Part shown: positions 19,289-30,012 of the stretch, in pieces | Position numbering within the stretch: position 1 is the first letter of the stretch | How the letters are laid out: each line of letters begins with the position of its first letter | From: a virus | Taxonomy: Duplodnaviria > Caudoviricetes | Strand: one strand, 5' to 3' | IMG/VR virus record: IMGVR_UViG_3300035502_000313 | Coordinates: 96,001-160,000 of that record | Length of the DNA stretch: 64,000 nt | The notes under the pieces: model-generated | Seen by the model: only the letters and a program-made list of their open reading frames with translations | Databases searched by the model: none | Told to the model about the DNA's origin: nothing | Position numbers and translations under genes: made by a program

Positions 19289-21604
19289 TTGGCTGTTAAA
19301 ATAGTAAATACTGGTGTTACTATATATGATGATGACTCAGATAATACAGATGTCACTTATAGTAATCCACAATATCTAGGTAATATGAATCCTATACCAG
19401 ACAATAAAACTAGTCCAAAACGTTATGTTCCTTTGGCTGGATTATTCGGTGCTAAGAAAGCTTCTTCCGATGTACAAGAAGATACAAGATGTGATTCTAG
19501 TGGTAATTATGTTACAGTATATTATCAAATGAATACAGAGAATAAATCATTCTTAGAGATGCATTATTATTTAAGAGCTATTGGTATAAAGAATAATAAG
19601 TTTCATCTTTTATTATATGATAAGGATTTAGCTGGAGTAGATCCATATGATCAATCTCTTCCTACATACATGAAACAAAAGATATTCTTAGAATGTCAAA
19701 GAAACTTTTGGTATTATGTAAGAGAAGTAGTTAGAGTACAGAGTCAGGGTGGTCCTTATGTAAGATATAGATTAGACAGAGGAAACCTTGCATTGAACTT
19801 CTGTTTTACATTAAATCTAAATATATATGAAGAACAACCTCGTCAGACAGGTAAAACTGTTGGTACTAACGTATGGTTCTCGTGGGTTTATAACTTTGGT
19901 TCTCGTAACGCTAATATGATATTCTTAAACAAGAAACATGATGACGCTAAGCGTAACCTTAATGATTTAAAAAATATTATAAAAGCGTTACCATCTTATT
20001 TAAGATTCGACCAAGCTTTTGGTATTGACGGTAAGAAACTTAAAGCAACCAACACTGTACAATATCTACAGCATAAGATTAACTTTAATAAAATAGAAGC
20101 ATTACCAATGGCTAGAAACCGTACATCTGCTATATCATTACTCCGTGGTCGTACAGTAACAAATTGCTGGATCGATGAGTCTGCGTTCTTCCAATATCTT
20201 GAAGAATCATTACAGAATGGTATGCCTGCTCTTACAACTGCATTTAGAAACTGTAAGATAAATGGTGCTCCTCATGGTTTATGTCTTACATCTACACCAG
20301 GCTTCTTAACCACAGAAGAAGGACAGTATATGTATGATCTAAAAAATAAGATGACACCATTCTCTGAGTTATGGTATGACTTCTCACTTAAGCAATTAAC
20401 TGATACACTAAATGCTAATGAGAAATCTATTTTTGTATATATCAGAACTACATATCAACAGTTAGGTTATAGTGAAGAATGGTTAAAAGAAAGAATCAAA
20501 GAACAGAACCAGAAATGGACTGATATACGTCGTGAATTCTTACTTGAATGGGCAACAAGTTCTGAGAACTGTCCTTTTACTCAAGATGAATTAAGAAACG
20601 TACAACGTTTCGTACAAAATCCAATTAAGCAAATCTATATTTCAAATTATCTATTTAATATCTATAGTGAAATCAATCCTAGAATAAAGACATTGATTGG
20701 TGTCGACGTAGCCGCTGGTTATTCTAAAGACTCATCTGCTATATCTGTAGTAGATTCTTCTACAACAAAATTAGTAGCTGACTTTAACTGTAACTATATT
20801 AACCCAGTGGATTTAGGTAATGTAATATACAATCTTGTATTAAACTACTTACCTAACTCGCTTGTTACTATCGAGCGTAACGGTGTAGGCACAGGTACTC
20901 TAGCACAATTAATGAAATCTAAGATTAGAAATAATCTATACTTTGAGATAAAAGAACGTACAATAGAAGAACGTTTAGACGGATTCAAAGCAAATAAACG
21001 TAAACAAATGACAAAAGTATATGGTGTAGATAATACTCAAATAGTAAGAGAAAGACTTATGGATTTACTTACAGATAGAGTAAGAGACCATTATGATAAA
21101 TTTGTTTCACCTGTTCTATTTGAAGAATTAAAGAATCTTGAATTAAAGAAAACTGGTAAGATAGACCACTCTGCTAATAGTCACGATGATGGTTTGTTCT
21201 CATTTTTATATGCTATATATCCATTATATTATGGAAAGAATGTAAGAGAGAACTGGCATATTTCTATTCCTACATTAAAAACTGCTGATGATGAAGCAGA
21301 AGAAATATTCCAAGATTATAGTGCTACTGAAGCAATACCTATAGTTAGAGATATAGAAAATCTTGAAAACGATGATATGATTCAAGAGCAGTTGTCTAAG
21401 CTAGATAGAACAAAGTTATATCAACAATTCCTTTCTGAACAACAGTATGAAAATGATATGGCTATGGCAAGAATCCTAGCAACTAAAACAGGTAGAGATG
21501 CTTATGCTGATAAGTTCAATATTCCAAGAAATCAACTTGACGATAATGATAATGGATTTGATATGCTAACTGCTATTGACAATTTCTATAGTGAAGATAA
21601 TTAA
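19289..21604 (+). CDS. terL: Terminase large subunit
   Basis: Walker A PRQTGKT, Walker B WIDESAF, TSTPG, nuclease GVDVAAG...IERN...HDD. Confidence 0.93.
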   Translation: MAVKIVNTGVTIYDDDSDNTDVTYSNPQYLGNMNPIPDNKTSPKRYVPLAGLFGAKKASSDVQEDTRCDSSGNYVTVYYQMNTENKSFLEMHYYLRAIGIKNNKFHLLLYDKDLAGVDPYDQSLPTYMKQKIFLECQRNFWYYVREVVRVQSQGGPYVRYRLDRGNLALNFCFTLNLNIYEEQPRQTGKTVGTNVWFSWVYNFGSRNANMIFLNKKHDDAKRNLNDLKNIIKALPSYLRFDQAFGIDGKKLKATNTVQYLQHKINFNKIEALPMARNRTSAISLLRGRTVTNCWIDESAFFQYLEESLQNGMPALTTAFRNCKINGAPHGLCLTSTPGFLTTEEGQYMYDLKNKMTPFSELWYDFSLKQLTDTLNANEKSIFVYIRTTYQQLGYSEEWLKERIKEQNQKWTDIRREFLLEWATSSENCPFTQDELRNVQRFVQNPIKQIYISNYLFNIYSEINPRIKTLIGVDVAAGYSKDSSAISVVDSSTTKLVADFNCNYINPVDLGNVIYNLVLNYLPNSLVTIERNGVGTGTLAQLMKSKIRNNLYFEIKERTIEERLDGFKANKRKQMTKVYGVDNTQIVRERLMDLLTDRVRDHYDKFVSPVLFEELKNLELKKTGKIDHSANSHDDGLFSFLYAIYPLYYGKNVRENWHISIPTLKTADDEAEEIFQDYSATEAIPIVRDIENLENDDMIQEQLSKLDRTKLYQQFLSEQQYENDMAMARILATKTGRDAYADKFNIPRNQLDDNDNGFDMLTAIDNFYSEDN

Positions 21605-21647
21605 CAAAAATACAGAGGTGGGATTTTTATATCCCACCTCCATTTTA

Positions 21648-22475
21648 TTACTTAATATAGTCACTCAAATCAGATAAGAAGTTATAGAAATCCTTGATTC
21701 CTCTATCTAGTTCTTTCTTATATTCATCACAATCTTTCGAGAGTGTCTTCATTTCTTCCCCAACATTGATTCCTGTATCTAGTTTTTTCTTATATTCATC
21801 GCAACCTTTAGCGATTGCTTTCATCCCTTCCCCAAACTGAACTGACATCTTTTTGATGTCCTTAATAACTTCCGCCTCAGTATTTTTATCCTTAAAAGTA
21901 GGAGTTTTTTCAGTTGCTTTATTGTTTTCTGGTTTAATCTTGTCTTTTATCTTATTATCATTAATCTCTTTAGAGTCACACTCATGTAGACATTTCTTTT
22001 TACAATCTGGACTGCAAGATTCTTTATTTAGATATCTAAGACTTTCAGTTATAGAATCAACCTTATCATTTACTTTGTTAATCTTATCAACCTTTTCGAT
22101 AGGAGTCTTCTTAGTACTATTAATTATAGAACCAAAGAAAGAAGGACCAATTTTGATATTATCTGTACAAAGAAAACAATTTACACAGTCACCATCGCAC
22201 TTAGCAGTGGTTACCTTAGCTTCTTCTCTTACTTTTACTATGATCCATTCTTCGGAAAACAGTTCAATCATTGTTTCTTTCCATGGAACGTTACCATATC
22301 TAGATTGTACATAAAGATATGGAGCTGTCATCTTAGAATTATCTGTAGGAGTCTGAACTCTAATTACAACTTCTTCAGACCATTCAGGAAGTCTAATTCC
22401 ATAATCTTCTGGATATTCCTTAATAAAGTCAAATGCATATCCGAATGTCACATTTTTCTTAATAACTTTATACAT
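21648..22475 (-). CDS. Tad2/DUF2829-like anti-defence sponge domain (about 80 N-terminal aa) fused to a Cys/Lys-rich extension
   Basis: TFGYAF...IRLPEW...SKMTAPYLY...VPWKETMIELFSEEW. Confidence 0.65.
   Translation of the reverse strand: MYKVIKKNVTFGYAFDFIKEYPEDYGIRLPEWSEEVVIRVQTPTDNSKMTAPYLYVQSRYGNVPWKETMIELFSEEWIIVKVREEAKVTTAKCDGDCVNCFLCTDNIKIGPSFFGSIINSTKKTPIEKVDKINKVNDKVDSITESLRYLNKESCSPDCKKKCLHECDSKEINDNKIKDKIKPENNKATEKTPTFKDKNTEAEVIKDIKKMSVQFGEGMKAIAKGCDEYKKKLDTGINVGEEMKTLSKDCDEYKKELDRGIKDFYNFLSDLSDYIK
21694..21837 (-). repeat. Imperfect 72-bp (24 aa) tandem duplication
   Basis: GEGMKAIAKGCDEYKKKLDTGI / GEEMKTLSKDCDEYKKELDRGI. Confidence 0.85.
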
Positions 22476-22479
22476 ATAA

Positions 22480-22746
22480 TCATTCTCCTTCTCTAATAAA
22501 ATTAGTAATCTTTACATTATCAAATTTTTTATAAGCATCAATATAAAGCTCATTTAAATCACCATTGTATGTACACTCATAATACATTCCATCAGGAAGC
22601 GTAGTACTGATTAAGGCTTTCCAATTCTGAAGTGTCTTACAAGTCCATACTGTATATACATCAGAAATTGAAAATTTTACTTCATCTGTTACATCAAGAT
22701 GTTTTAATACATACTCATAAACAGCTTGTCTCATTTTTTCAAACAT
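22480..22746 (-). CDS. DUF6275-family phage protein
   Basis: VYTVWTCKTLQNWKALISTTLPDGMYYECTYNGDLNELYIDAYKK. Confidence 0.75.
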   Translation of the reverse strand: MFEKMRQAVYEYVLKHLDVTDEVKFSISDVYTVWTCKTLQNWKALISTTLPDGMYYECTYNGDLNELYIDAYKKFDNVKITNFIREGE

Positions 22747-22764
22747 AATTGTTTTCCTCTTCTC

Positions 22765-23151
22765 TTAATTAAATGTAGCAATATCGTTATGCCCAATTTC
22801 TTCAAAACCAGAAGTACTGAGCTCTTCAATTGTTCTAATATCACATACGTTTATTGTACGAATCTTAGATTCTCCATCCTCAGAACAATCAACAGAAATA
22901 GTATCAACAACAAATGGTTTAGTTTCTTTTGTCACATAAGATAATACTTCTTTTGTTTGACTCATTGTAAAAGATACAATACGACCATTTAGTGTATGAA
23001 TACCACATTCATTATCGGCAACGGTAATCTTATACACATCATCGGTATCAACTTCAATTACTTTATGAGCAATTCTATTCTTTTCTTGATAACTCAATTC
23101 AAGAACTAATCTAATCACAGCCTTAGCTTCACATTTCAAAAAATTAATCAT
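22765..23151 (-). CDS. Hypothetical late protein, paralog of 49000-49554
   Basis: Start moved to ATG 23151 behind AGGAGG; late promoter 23179-23190. Confidence 0.7.
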   Translation of the reverse strand: MINFLKCEAKAVIRLVLELSYQEKNRIAHKVIEVDTDDVYKITVADNECGIHTLNGRIVSFTMSQTKEVLSYVTKETKPFVVDTISVDCSEDGESKIRTINVCDIRTIEELSTSGFEEIGHNDIATFN

Positions 23152-23231
23152 AGGAATTATAACCTCCTTTATTATATTTATTGAAATGTTATACAAGGAG
23201 ATATTTAATCCCCTTGTATACATTCATAACA

Positions 23232-23462
23232 TCATCTATCATCATTTAATCTTGCTAAGGTTAATTCAATAAGATTATTAGTTGGAGTAACGATATTATC
23301 TAATACGTCTTGCTCCATATCTAACCAAACTTTCTTACGTTTTAAAAATGGAGTATCATTTATCTTGCCAATTATCTGACCACAGATTATTGCTTCTCTC
23401 AATCCCCAGTAGCCATCACAAGCTCTTTCATTACACCACTTTTTAAATTCTCTATATGTCAT
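23232..23462 (-). CDS. Hypothetical phage protein
   Basis: MTYREFKKWCNERACDGYW; TAATG coupling with the upstream gene. Confidence 0.7.
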   Translation of the reverse strand: MTYREFKKWCNERACDGYWGLREAIICGQIIGKINDTPFLKRKKVWLDMEQDVLDNIVTPTNNLIELTLARLNDDR

Positions 23463-25144
23463 TATCTCGCCTTCTTATTTCTCTTTCTAAGTTTCTTACT
23501 ATTTCTAGCTTCAAGAGGAATCATATACTCAGAAATTTTATCAAGAATATATACAATCTTATCAGAAACAATATCATTTACTTCACTATTGTTATTAGTG
23601 AAAGCAACTGTATATACAGCATTAGAAGCATAATATGCATAAATGTGCTCTGTAAGAGTATCAGCTTCAATAGCACTTAATACTGTATTAGCTACAAGAA
23701 CAATAAGTGTATTAATATAAGCTTCAGAATACAATCTATACTCATTGAATTTATTAAGTCCAATAGAATAGAACTTTAACTTTCTAGGAGAAGGCTCAAC
23801 AGTAGCAACCTTTTTATCATACTCATCTTCAAACTTCTTAAAACTATCACGAGCAGTCTTATAAGCTTTATTGATATTAGAAGGGGTTGCTTCAATACTA
23901 TTAATTACTCTAGTAAGATTAATAGCTTCTTTAAATGAGCTAGAAACTTCTCTTAACTGAGTAGCTTTATCAGGGTCTTCTTCCTGAATCTCATCAGCCT
24001 TTTCTTCAAGCTTATCAGTAAACTTATGATAAACTTCATCAGAGTATTCATCCATCATTGTACCAGCAATATTATTCATAGGAGCAAGGGTTTCCTTTAA
24101 TTCTTCATTAAAGTCCTTAATCTCTTTATCAAGATAAGTATTGTTTACAAGGTCATTAATGAATGACTTAGCAAAAAAGTTAATTGTAGCTTTATCAGCA
24201 CCACAAGATGCTGCCTCGGTAGAGATTACAGTCTTGATTGAATTTGGAAGTGCTTCAAATACATTAAACTTTTCACCAGACTTATATCTGTTCATAACTT
24301 CAATAAGCTGTGCTGCTTCTTCGTATGTTACGCTGTCATACTTATCCATAAGTGTAGATGTAAGAATGTTTTCATCTACAGTTAATGATGTTGCAGGAAC
24401 ATCGTTGAATTCCTCAAGAGTCATCTCATGTTCTTCTTCTACAGCTTCTTCCTGAGTATCTTCTGTTTCTTTATCAAGAGATTCCTTTAAACCATCAGCA
24501 GAAGTTACATAGTTTACAGTATCAATTAATTCTTGAGTAACATCGCTTAGTGTTTCACTAGTTGTATATGTGTTTCCTTCAAGAACAGTATTAGATACAA
24601 AACTTGGGAAAGACAACATTGAACTCATTTCTTCTTTAGATAATTCAACAGTGTCTTCACCCTCTCCAATAGTGATATTTTCAATAACAACATCATCTGT
24701 TGCAGCAGTGTCATATGTCTGAAAAGAACTTGTGTCCTCAGACACTACCTCCTTTTCACTATCAGAAACTACTTCTGTTGCATTGTTTTCTGGTTCACTT
24801 GTTTCAAGACCTCTCATGATTTCTTCTTCGATCGATTTCATTACATCGTCCTCCTGATTATCATTTAGTTTATTAATATATTTATCATATATTCCTTTGG
24901 CTTTTAAAGCATTAACCTCTTCTTGAGAAAGTGGTATATCGCTATTGATGATACTATTCATAATATCTTCTTCAATAATATCGGCGTCTTTCTCAAAATA
25001 GATTTTTTCTTGTGCATTTGGATTGTTGATTATATTATCCATAATCATTACATCTGGGTTATTTTCTCTGGCTGAACATAATTTCCCTATAAGGGCATCT
25101 ATATCATCATCAGACAACCCTTTTACGAATTCCTCATCACTCAT
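23462..25144 (-). CDS. Hypothetical acidic protein
   Basis: 560 aa ORF coupled to its neighbours. Confidence 0.7.
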   Translation of the reverse strand: MSDEEFVKGLSDDDIDALIGKLCSARENNPDVMIMDNIINNPNAQEKIYFEKDADIIEEDIMNSIINSDIPLSQEEVNALKAKGIYDKYINKLNDNQEDDVMKSIEEEIMRGLETSEPENNATEVVSDSEKEVVSEDTSSFQTYDTAATDDVVIENITIGEGEDTVELSKEEMSSMLSFPSFVSNTVLEGNTYTTSETLSDVTQELIDTVNYVTSADGLKESLDKETEDTQEEAVEEEHEMTLEEFNDVPATSLTVDENILTSTLMDKYDSVTYEEAAQLIEVMNRYKSGEKFNVFEALPNSIKTVISTEAASCGADKATINFFAKSFINDLVNNTYLDKEIKDFNEELKETLAPMNNIAGTMMDEYSDEVYHKFTDKLEEKADEIQEEDPDKATQLREVSSSFKEAINLTRVINSIEATPSNINKAYKTARDSFKKFEDEYDKKVATVEPSPRKLKFYSIGLNKFNEYRLYSEAYINTLIVLVANTVLSAIEADTLTEHIYAYYASNAVYTVAFTNNNSEVNDIVSDKIVYILDKISEYMIPLEARNSKKLRKRNKKAR

Positions 25145-25955
25145 CTTCTAATTCATTCTCCTTTTCTTCATCATATTCTTCTGATGATGCAACTTCTGGA
25201 GTAGAATTCTCAGAATCTGATATAATAAGATTTTGAATAGCTACTCGTATTTCAGTAAGAATAGATGGAATATTTATAACTTTACAAATCTCATCTTTAA
25301 ACAGATTACCCATAGGAGCAATATTAGAATAAATAAAATCACATGTCTCTCTAGGATAATTGAATGTCAAGAATGTATAGAAGTCAATATCAAAACCAGA
25401 GATATAATAAATTACTTCTCTGATTCTAGCAATAATGACATCTACATTTTTAGAATTGTCAAACACTTTTCTTATATAATTAGTAGTACTATCTTTACTC
25501 TTCTTATACTTGTCAAGACCCATGTTATTATATATCTCGTTCTTATACATATAGATATAACGAGCAAAGAAATTAATTATGTTTCTGGAAAAACCAGAAA
25601 CAAAGATGTCATACATATTATATGCTAAGACATAACAGTCTGGGTTATCACCAATATACTGAAGATTAAATGAGTTACATATTTTATTAATTATAGTAAG
25701 ATAAGTCTCTTGTCTAATAGACATTATGTTTTCTCCATCATTTGGAAAATTATTTAACATACCCTTGAAGTTAAGTTCATATGAGTTAATAATATTTGGA
25801 TTTGAAATGGTCGAGTTAAATGCAAAACGATTTCTTATATTAGAATCAATAACGTCCATAACGTATTGGGTATTAAACTTAGATAAGATTTCAGCAATCT
25901 CACCTTCTGCCACCATATTATATACGTTACTATTTCTATACAAATCAATAGGCAT
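25137..25955 (-). CDS. Hypothetical late protein
   Basis: AGGAGG RBS; late promoter 25988-25999. Confidence 0.7.
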   Translation of the reverse strand: MPIDLYRNSNVYNMVAEGEIAEILSKFNTQYVMDVIDSNIRNRFAFNSTISNPNIINSYELNFKGMLNNFPNDGENIMSIRQETYLTIINKICNSFNLQYIGDNPDCYVLAYNMYDIFVSGFSRNIINFFARYIYMYKNEIYNNMGLDKYKKSKDSTTNYIRKVFDNSKNVDVIIARIREVIYYISGFDIDFYTFLTFNYPRETCDFIYSNIAPMGNLFKDEICKVINIPSILTEIRVAIQNLIISDSENSTPEVASSEEYDEEKENELEDE

Positions 25956-26058
25956 AAAACGTACCTCCTTTTCTTATGCTTATATTTTAATAAATTGTTG
26001 TAGGTATTGTTGAAACGAAAAAATAAAGGGCACGATAAAGTGCCCAGTATTCTCTTGA

Positions 26059-26853
26059 TTAATCAATTACATCGGATACAAAATCTAAGTATCCATCTGA
26101 AGTAACTGATATATCAAATCCATAAAATTCTGGAATTTTGCTTGGAAAATATGATAAGAGTATATTTACAAAGTTCATCAAATCCTTACCATATTTTGAT
26201 CTTCTATAAATATCAGAAAGATTCTTATACTTATCAAAATCAAGTAATGAATTTATCGTAAGTACATGATCTTTTATATATCTATGTATTTCTTTTTTAA
26301 CAAGGTCTTTTTCCTCATCATCATAGATACTTCTTACAAGGAAAATACTATTTGCTTCTGCGACTTTATGGAATCCTAACATTGACGATATATCAATCCA
26401 GTCATTAGGTACATTTGTTTTAATACATCTAGCAACTGGAATGTTATACAGTTTTAAGCATTCATTAGGATATTGATATTCAAATCCCTTGATTAATGAT
26501 ATTTGGAATGGATTGATTGTTGTAGTAGACATTACTTTTGTCTTAAACTTTTCCATCATATTATTCCATACATTATTCTTACTTTCATAATTGATATAAT
26601 CAAATATTAAGAATACATCCAAAATTTCACTAACAGTAATGCAGTTATCTTCTTCTGTTATCTTTTTGAATGATTTGACTATATTATATACATCCCAGCT
26701 TAATTTGTTTTCCCTTACAAATTTTTCTAAGATGCTAATACTGTTATTGTAATCATCGATTTCATTCTGTTCAATCAGAATCATATGATTACCTTTATCA
26801 ATTCTCTTTGATTTGTTTTCCCTATTTTCAATCTTACCGTTTTTGATATTCAT
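26059..26853 (-). CDS. Hypothetical protein
   Basis: 264 aa ORF; AGGAG RBS. Confidence 0.65.
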   Translation of the reverse strand: MNIKNGKIENRENKSKRIDKGNHMILIEQNEIDDYNNSISILEKFVRENKLSWDVYNIVKSFKKITEEDNCITVSEILDVFLIFDYINYESKNNVWNNMMEKFKTKVMSTTTINPFQISLIKGFEYQYPNECLKLYNIPVARCIKTNVPNDWIDISSMLGFHKVAEANSIFLVRSIYDDEEKDLVKKEIHRYIKDHVLTINSLLDFDKYKNLSDIYRRSKYGKDLMNFVNILLSYFPSKIPEFYGFDISVTSDGYLDFVSDVID

Positions 26854-26916
26854 TTACATACACTCCTTAAAATTATGTAAAACAGGGTGGATTTCATTCC
26901 ACCCTGCCATCGAGTT

Positions 26917-27990
26917 TTACTTACGTCTTGAAACCTTGTGCTTATTATATCTATCGATATTATCAATAAGTACAAACTGGAACGCAATCTTGTTTGCTAT
27001 ATCATCAAGATTGAAAGTTTTCTTAATAGCAGCATACTCTACATCAGGAATAGTGATATTGAAAATGATATCTTTCTTATTGTCATTCTCGTCAGTCATA
27101 TTGACATTGTAATTCGAATAACAATTGTTAATACCCTTATTGATTCCAATAATTGTCTTTAACATGCAATCTTTAAAGGTAACGATATTCTCTTCGATAA
27201 ACGAAGCCCAATCTTCAGGTACAGTTACTTTTACCTGATGAATGGTAAATCCCTTATCAGTGAAGAAGTATGCAAGCTTATACTTGATTTCTTCATCATA
27301 ACGGAAATTCTCAAAGTACTCTCTTTTCTTAAGAGATATCTTAAGACCTATCTTATCTCTTGATGAGAAAAGAGACTGATTGATTCTTGCAGGGTATTCA
27401 CTAAAAGGAACCCTGTCAGTAAGAATATCAATAACATCAGTAACAAAGCTGACATTTCTATTCTTACGATGTTTTTCAATTACCTGCATTATTCTTGCAG
27501 ATAACTTGACATCGACATTGTATGCTGTTTTGTATCTTGGACTGATATTCAATTCCGATTCATCAGGAATATCAAGAACAGTCAAAAGACTTGTAACAAG
27601 TCTTGACGATGTGACATCAAACTCTTGTGCTACAGTTTTGATGATTTCATCATCGTCATCATTCACAGTAAATGATGGGTGCGTAAACTCTGGAATTACA
27701 ACACTGTTATTCATCATTATATTGAATTTTTCAATAGCCTGCTGAATATCATTTATGTTATATCCAGTTTCAGAAACTTCTATAGGACTTGAATGCAGCT
27801 GAAAATAGCTGTCATTCAGCATGTACATAACAATACGTCTGTACACCTCCGTCACAGAGGTTTTAAGATTTGTAGCATATGTTTTTACTTTGTTGTGACG
27901 AGTCGTAGGAACATAAGCCTTAACGATATTAGACAATGCTACGTTGTCTGGTACGTTTATCGTATCCTGGATTACTTCTTTGTTAGTCAT
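26917..27990 (-). CDS. Hypothetical early protein
   Basis: 357 aa ORF; AGGAG RBS; early-type promoter 28060-28067. Confidence 0.65.
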   Translation of the reverse strand: MTNKEVIQDTINVPDNVALSNIVKAYVPTTRHNKVKTYATNLKTSVTEVYRRIVMYMLNDSYFQLHSSPIEVSETGYNINDIQQAIEKFNIMMNNSVVIPEFTHPSFTVNDDDDEIIKTVAQEFDVTSSRLVTSLLTVLDIPDESELNISPRYKTAYNVDVKLSARIMQVIEKHRKNRNVSFVTDVIDILTDRVPFSEYPARINQSLFSSRDKIGLKISLKKREYFENFRYDEEIKYKLAYFFTDKGFTIHQVKVTVPEDWASFIEENIVTFKDCMLKTIIGINKGINNCYSNYNVNMTDENDNKKDIIFNITIPDVEYAAIKKTFNLDDIANKIAFQFVLIDNIDRYNKHKVSRRK

Positions 27991-28071
27991 ATTATGACCA
28001 CTCCTTTATTTTTAATAATATAAACAGGATGGAATTAACCATCCTGTTTATTCATATTTATAATATATAGA

Positions 28072-28146
28072 TTACATATGTTTTACTCTATCTCTTTCTT
28101 CAGCACGTTTTGCCGAATTCCATCTGTCTAATGTACCTACAAGATA
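28072..28146 (-). CDS. nrdD: NrdD exon 3 (YLVGTLDRWNSAKRAEERDRVKHM*)
   Basis: Completes the glycyl-radical motif RITG|YL and the conserved C-terminus. Confidence 0.92.
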   Translation of the reverse strand, partial: YLVGTLDRWNSAKRAEERDRVKHM

Positions 28147-28820
28147 CACTTGTTAAAGTGGACTATTCCTTACTCAGTAGAGTCAATGTGTCTAGTCTCT
28201 GCATTCAGAATAATAAATATTAAAATCAAATATACGAGAACGTCTCTTTTTCATCTTACTTCTGACATGGTCTTTTTCTTTAGAATAATATTCTGCTATA
28301 TAATTAGATGCTTCACTAATAGATTTGAAACATAATTTTTCTTTAGTGATTGAGTTTACTATTGTTACTGGTTTAGATATACATATTTTATTATAGGTTA
28401 TATATCTTAGATTAGAATAATGATTATTTCTAGAATTTCTATCTATATGATCTATTTCATATCCTTCTGGTATGTCTCCTAACCAACATTCAGCAACAAC
28501 TTTATGTATCATTACTCTAGTAACAACACCTTTTAAATTTATAAAAGCGTCATAATATCCAGATTCATCTAAGAATATCTTTATATTCTTCTTAGACTTC
28601 ACATTTCTTAAAATAGTGCCGTTCTCATTTATTTCATATAAAAAGTATAATGATTTTATTTTTCTGAACTCAAGGTTTGAATTGTTATTATTCATCTCTT
28701 GATACCTCCATAGTAATTATTTGATTTCTGACCCTTAATAGAGTCTAGCTATGGAAACCCTATTTTATATACAATAGGTTTACATTAGTTTTAGGGCTTA
28801 CTTTATAGGTACTCTAGTTA
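28147..28820 (-). mobile_element. Group I intron 2 in nrdD (674 nt)
   Basis: 5' splice site after U (GGGU paired with IGS GCCC), terminal G 28147, P7 GACUA/UAGUC within CAGAGACUA and AAGGAAUAGUCC. Confidence 0.92.
28192..28695 (-). CDS. Intron-encoded HNH homing endonuclease
   Basis: IHKVVAECW...EIDHIDRNSRNNHYSNL plus a NUMOD1-like tail (FKSISEAS). Confidence 0.9.
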   Translation of the reverse strand: MNNNNSNLEFRKIKSLYFLYEINENGTILRNVKSKKNIKIFLDESGYYDAFINLKGVVTRVMIHKVVAECWLGDIPEGYEIDHIDRNSRNNHYSNLRYITYNKICISKPVTIVNSITKEKLCFKSISEASNYIAEYYSKEKDHVRSKMKKRRSRIFDFNIYYSECRD

Positions 28821-30012
28821 ACCCGTTATACGTCTGATACGTTCAAATGGCTTATCTTCAGTTTCCTTTCTATGACAGTAAGGACACTCATCATTAATTA
28901 CACCAGTGTAACCACATACTGGATCTCTATCTACTGGGTGATTAATAGAACCATATCCAATATTATTATCATGCATACATTTAACAATAGCTTCAATAGA
29001 CTGTACGTTTCTACTTGTATCACCATCAAGTTCTACATAGCAGATATGACCACCATTACATAAATCATGGAAAGGTGCTTCAAGACGAATCTTATCGGCA
29101 GCAGAGATATTAAAGTATACAGGAATATGATTAGAGTTTGTGAAATATTCTCTATCTGTTACACCTTTAATTTCACCATATTTAGCTTTACACTGTCTTA
29201 ATGCTTTTCCCGCATATGATTCAGCAGGAGTAGCTAAAAGACCAAAATTAAGTCCAGTATCTTCAGAAGCTTTATCACAATATTCTCTCATAAGTTTGAC
29301 AATACTATAACCTTTATTCCAATACTCTTCACCTTCACCATGATGATGACCATAAAGAGCAACAAGAGTTTCTGCAAGACCAACAAAACCAATAGAAAGA
29401 GAACCATGTTTAATTACTTCACGAATCTCATCTTCTGGACCAAGCTTATCAGAACCAATCCAAACACCTTCACCCATAAGAAATGGCATATTCTTTACTT
29501 TACGTCTAGCTTGAATTTCAAATCTTTCAAGAAGCTGTTTTTTAGAAATGTCCATATACTTATAAAGAAGCTCAAAGAATTTATCTTCATCACCATTTGC
29601 TTCAAGTGCAAGCATAGGAAGATTGATTGTAGTGAATGAAAGATTACCTCTACCATAAGCAATCTCATTCTCAGGATCATAGACATTTCCCATAACACGT
29701 GTTCTGCATCCCATTTGTGCTACCTCAGTCTCTGGATGACCTGGCTTATAATACTGAAGATTAAATGGAGAATCTAGGAATATATAGTTAGGGAATAAAC
29801 GTTTAGCAGTTACTCTATATGATAACTGTAATAAATCATAATTCTTATCTTCTGGGTTATAGTTTACACCTTCCTTGACTTTGAAGATAACAATTGGGAA
29901 AATACATGTTTCTCCATGTCCTAGACCAGCTTCAAGTGCAAGAAGAAGATTCTTAATAACCATACGTCCTGCATTAGATGTATCTGTACCCAGGTTGATT
30001 GACGAAAAAGGT
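28821..30012 (-). CDS. nrdD: NrdD exon 2
   Basis: PFSSINLGTD, FPIVIFKVKEG, MGCRT, GRGNLSF, TPAES, CPYC, RIRRITG. Confidence 0.95.
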
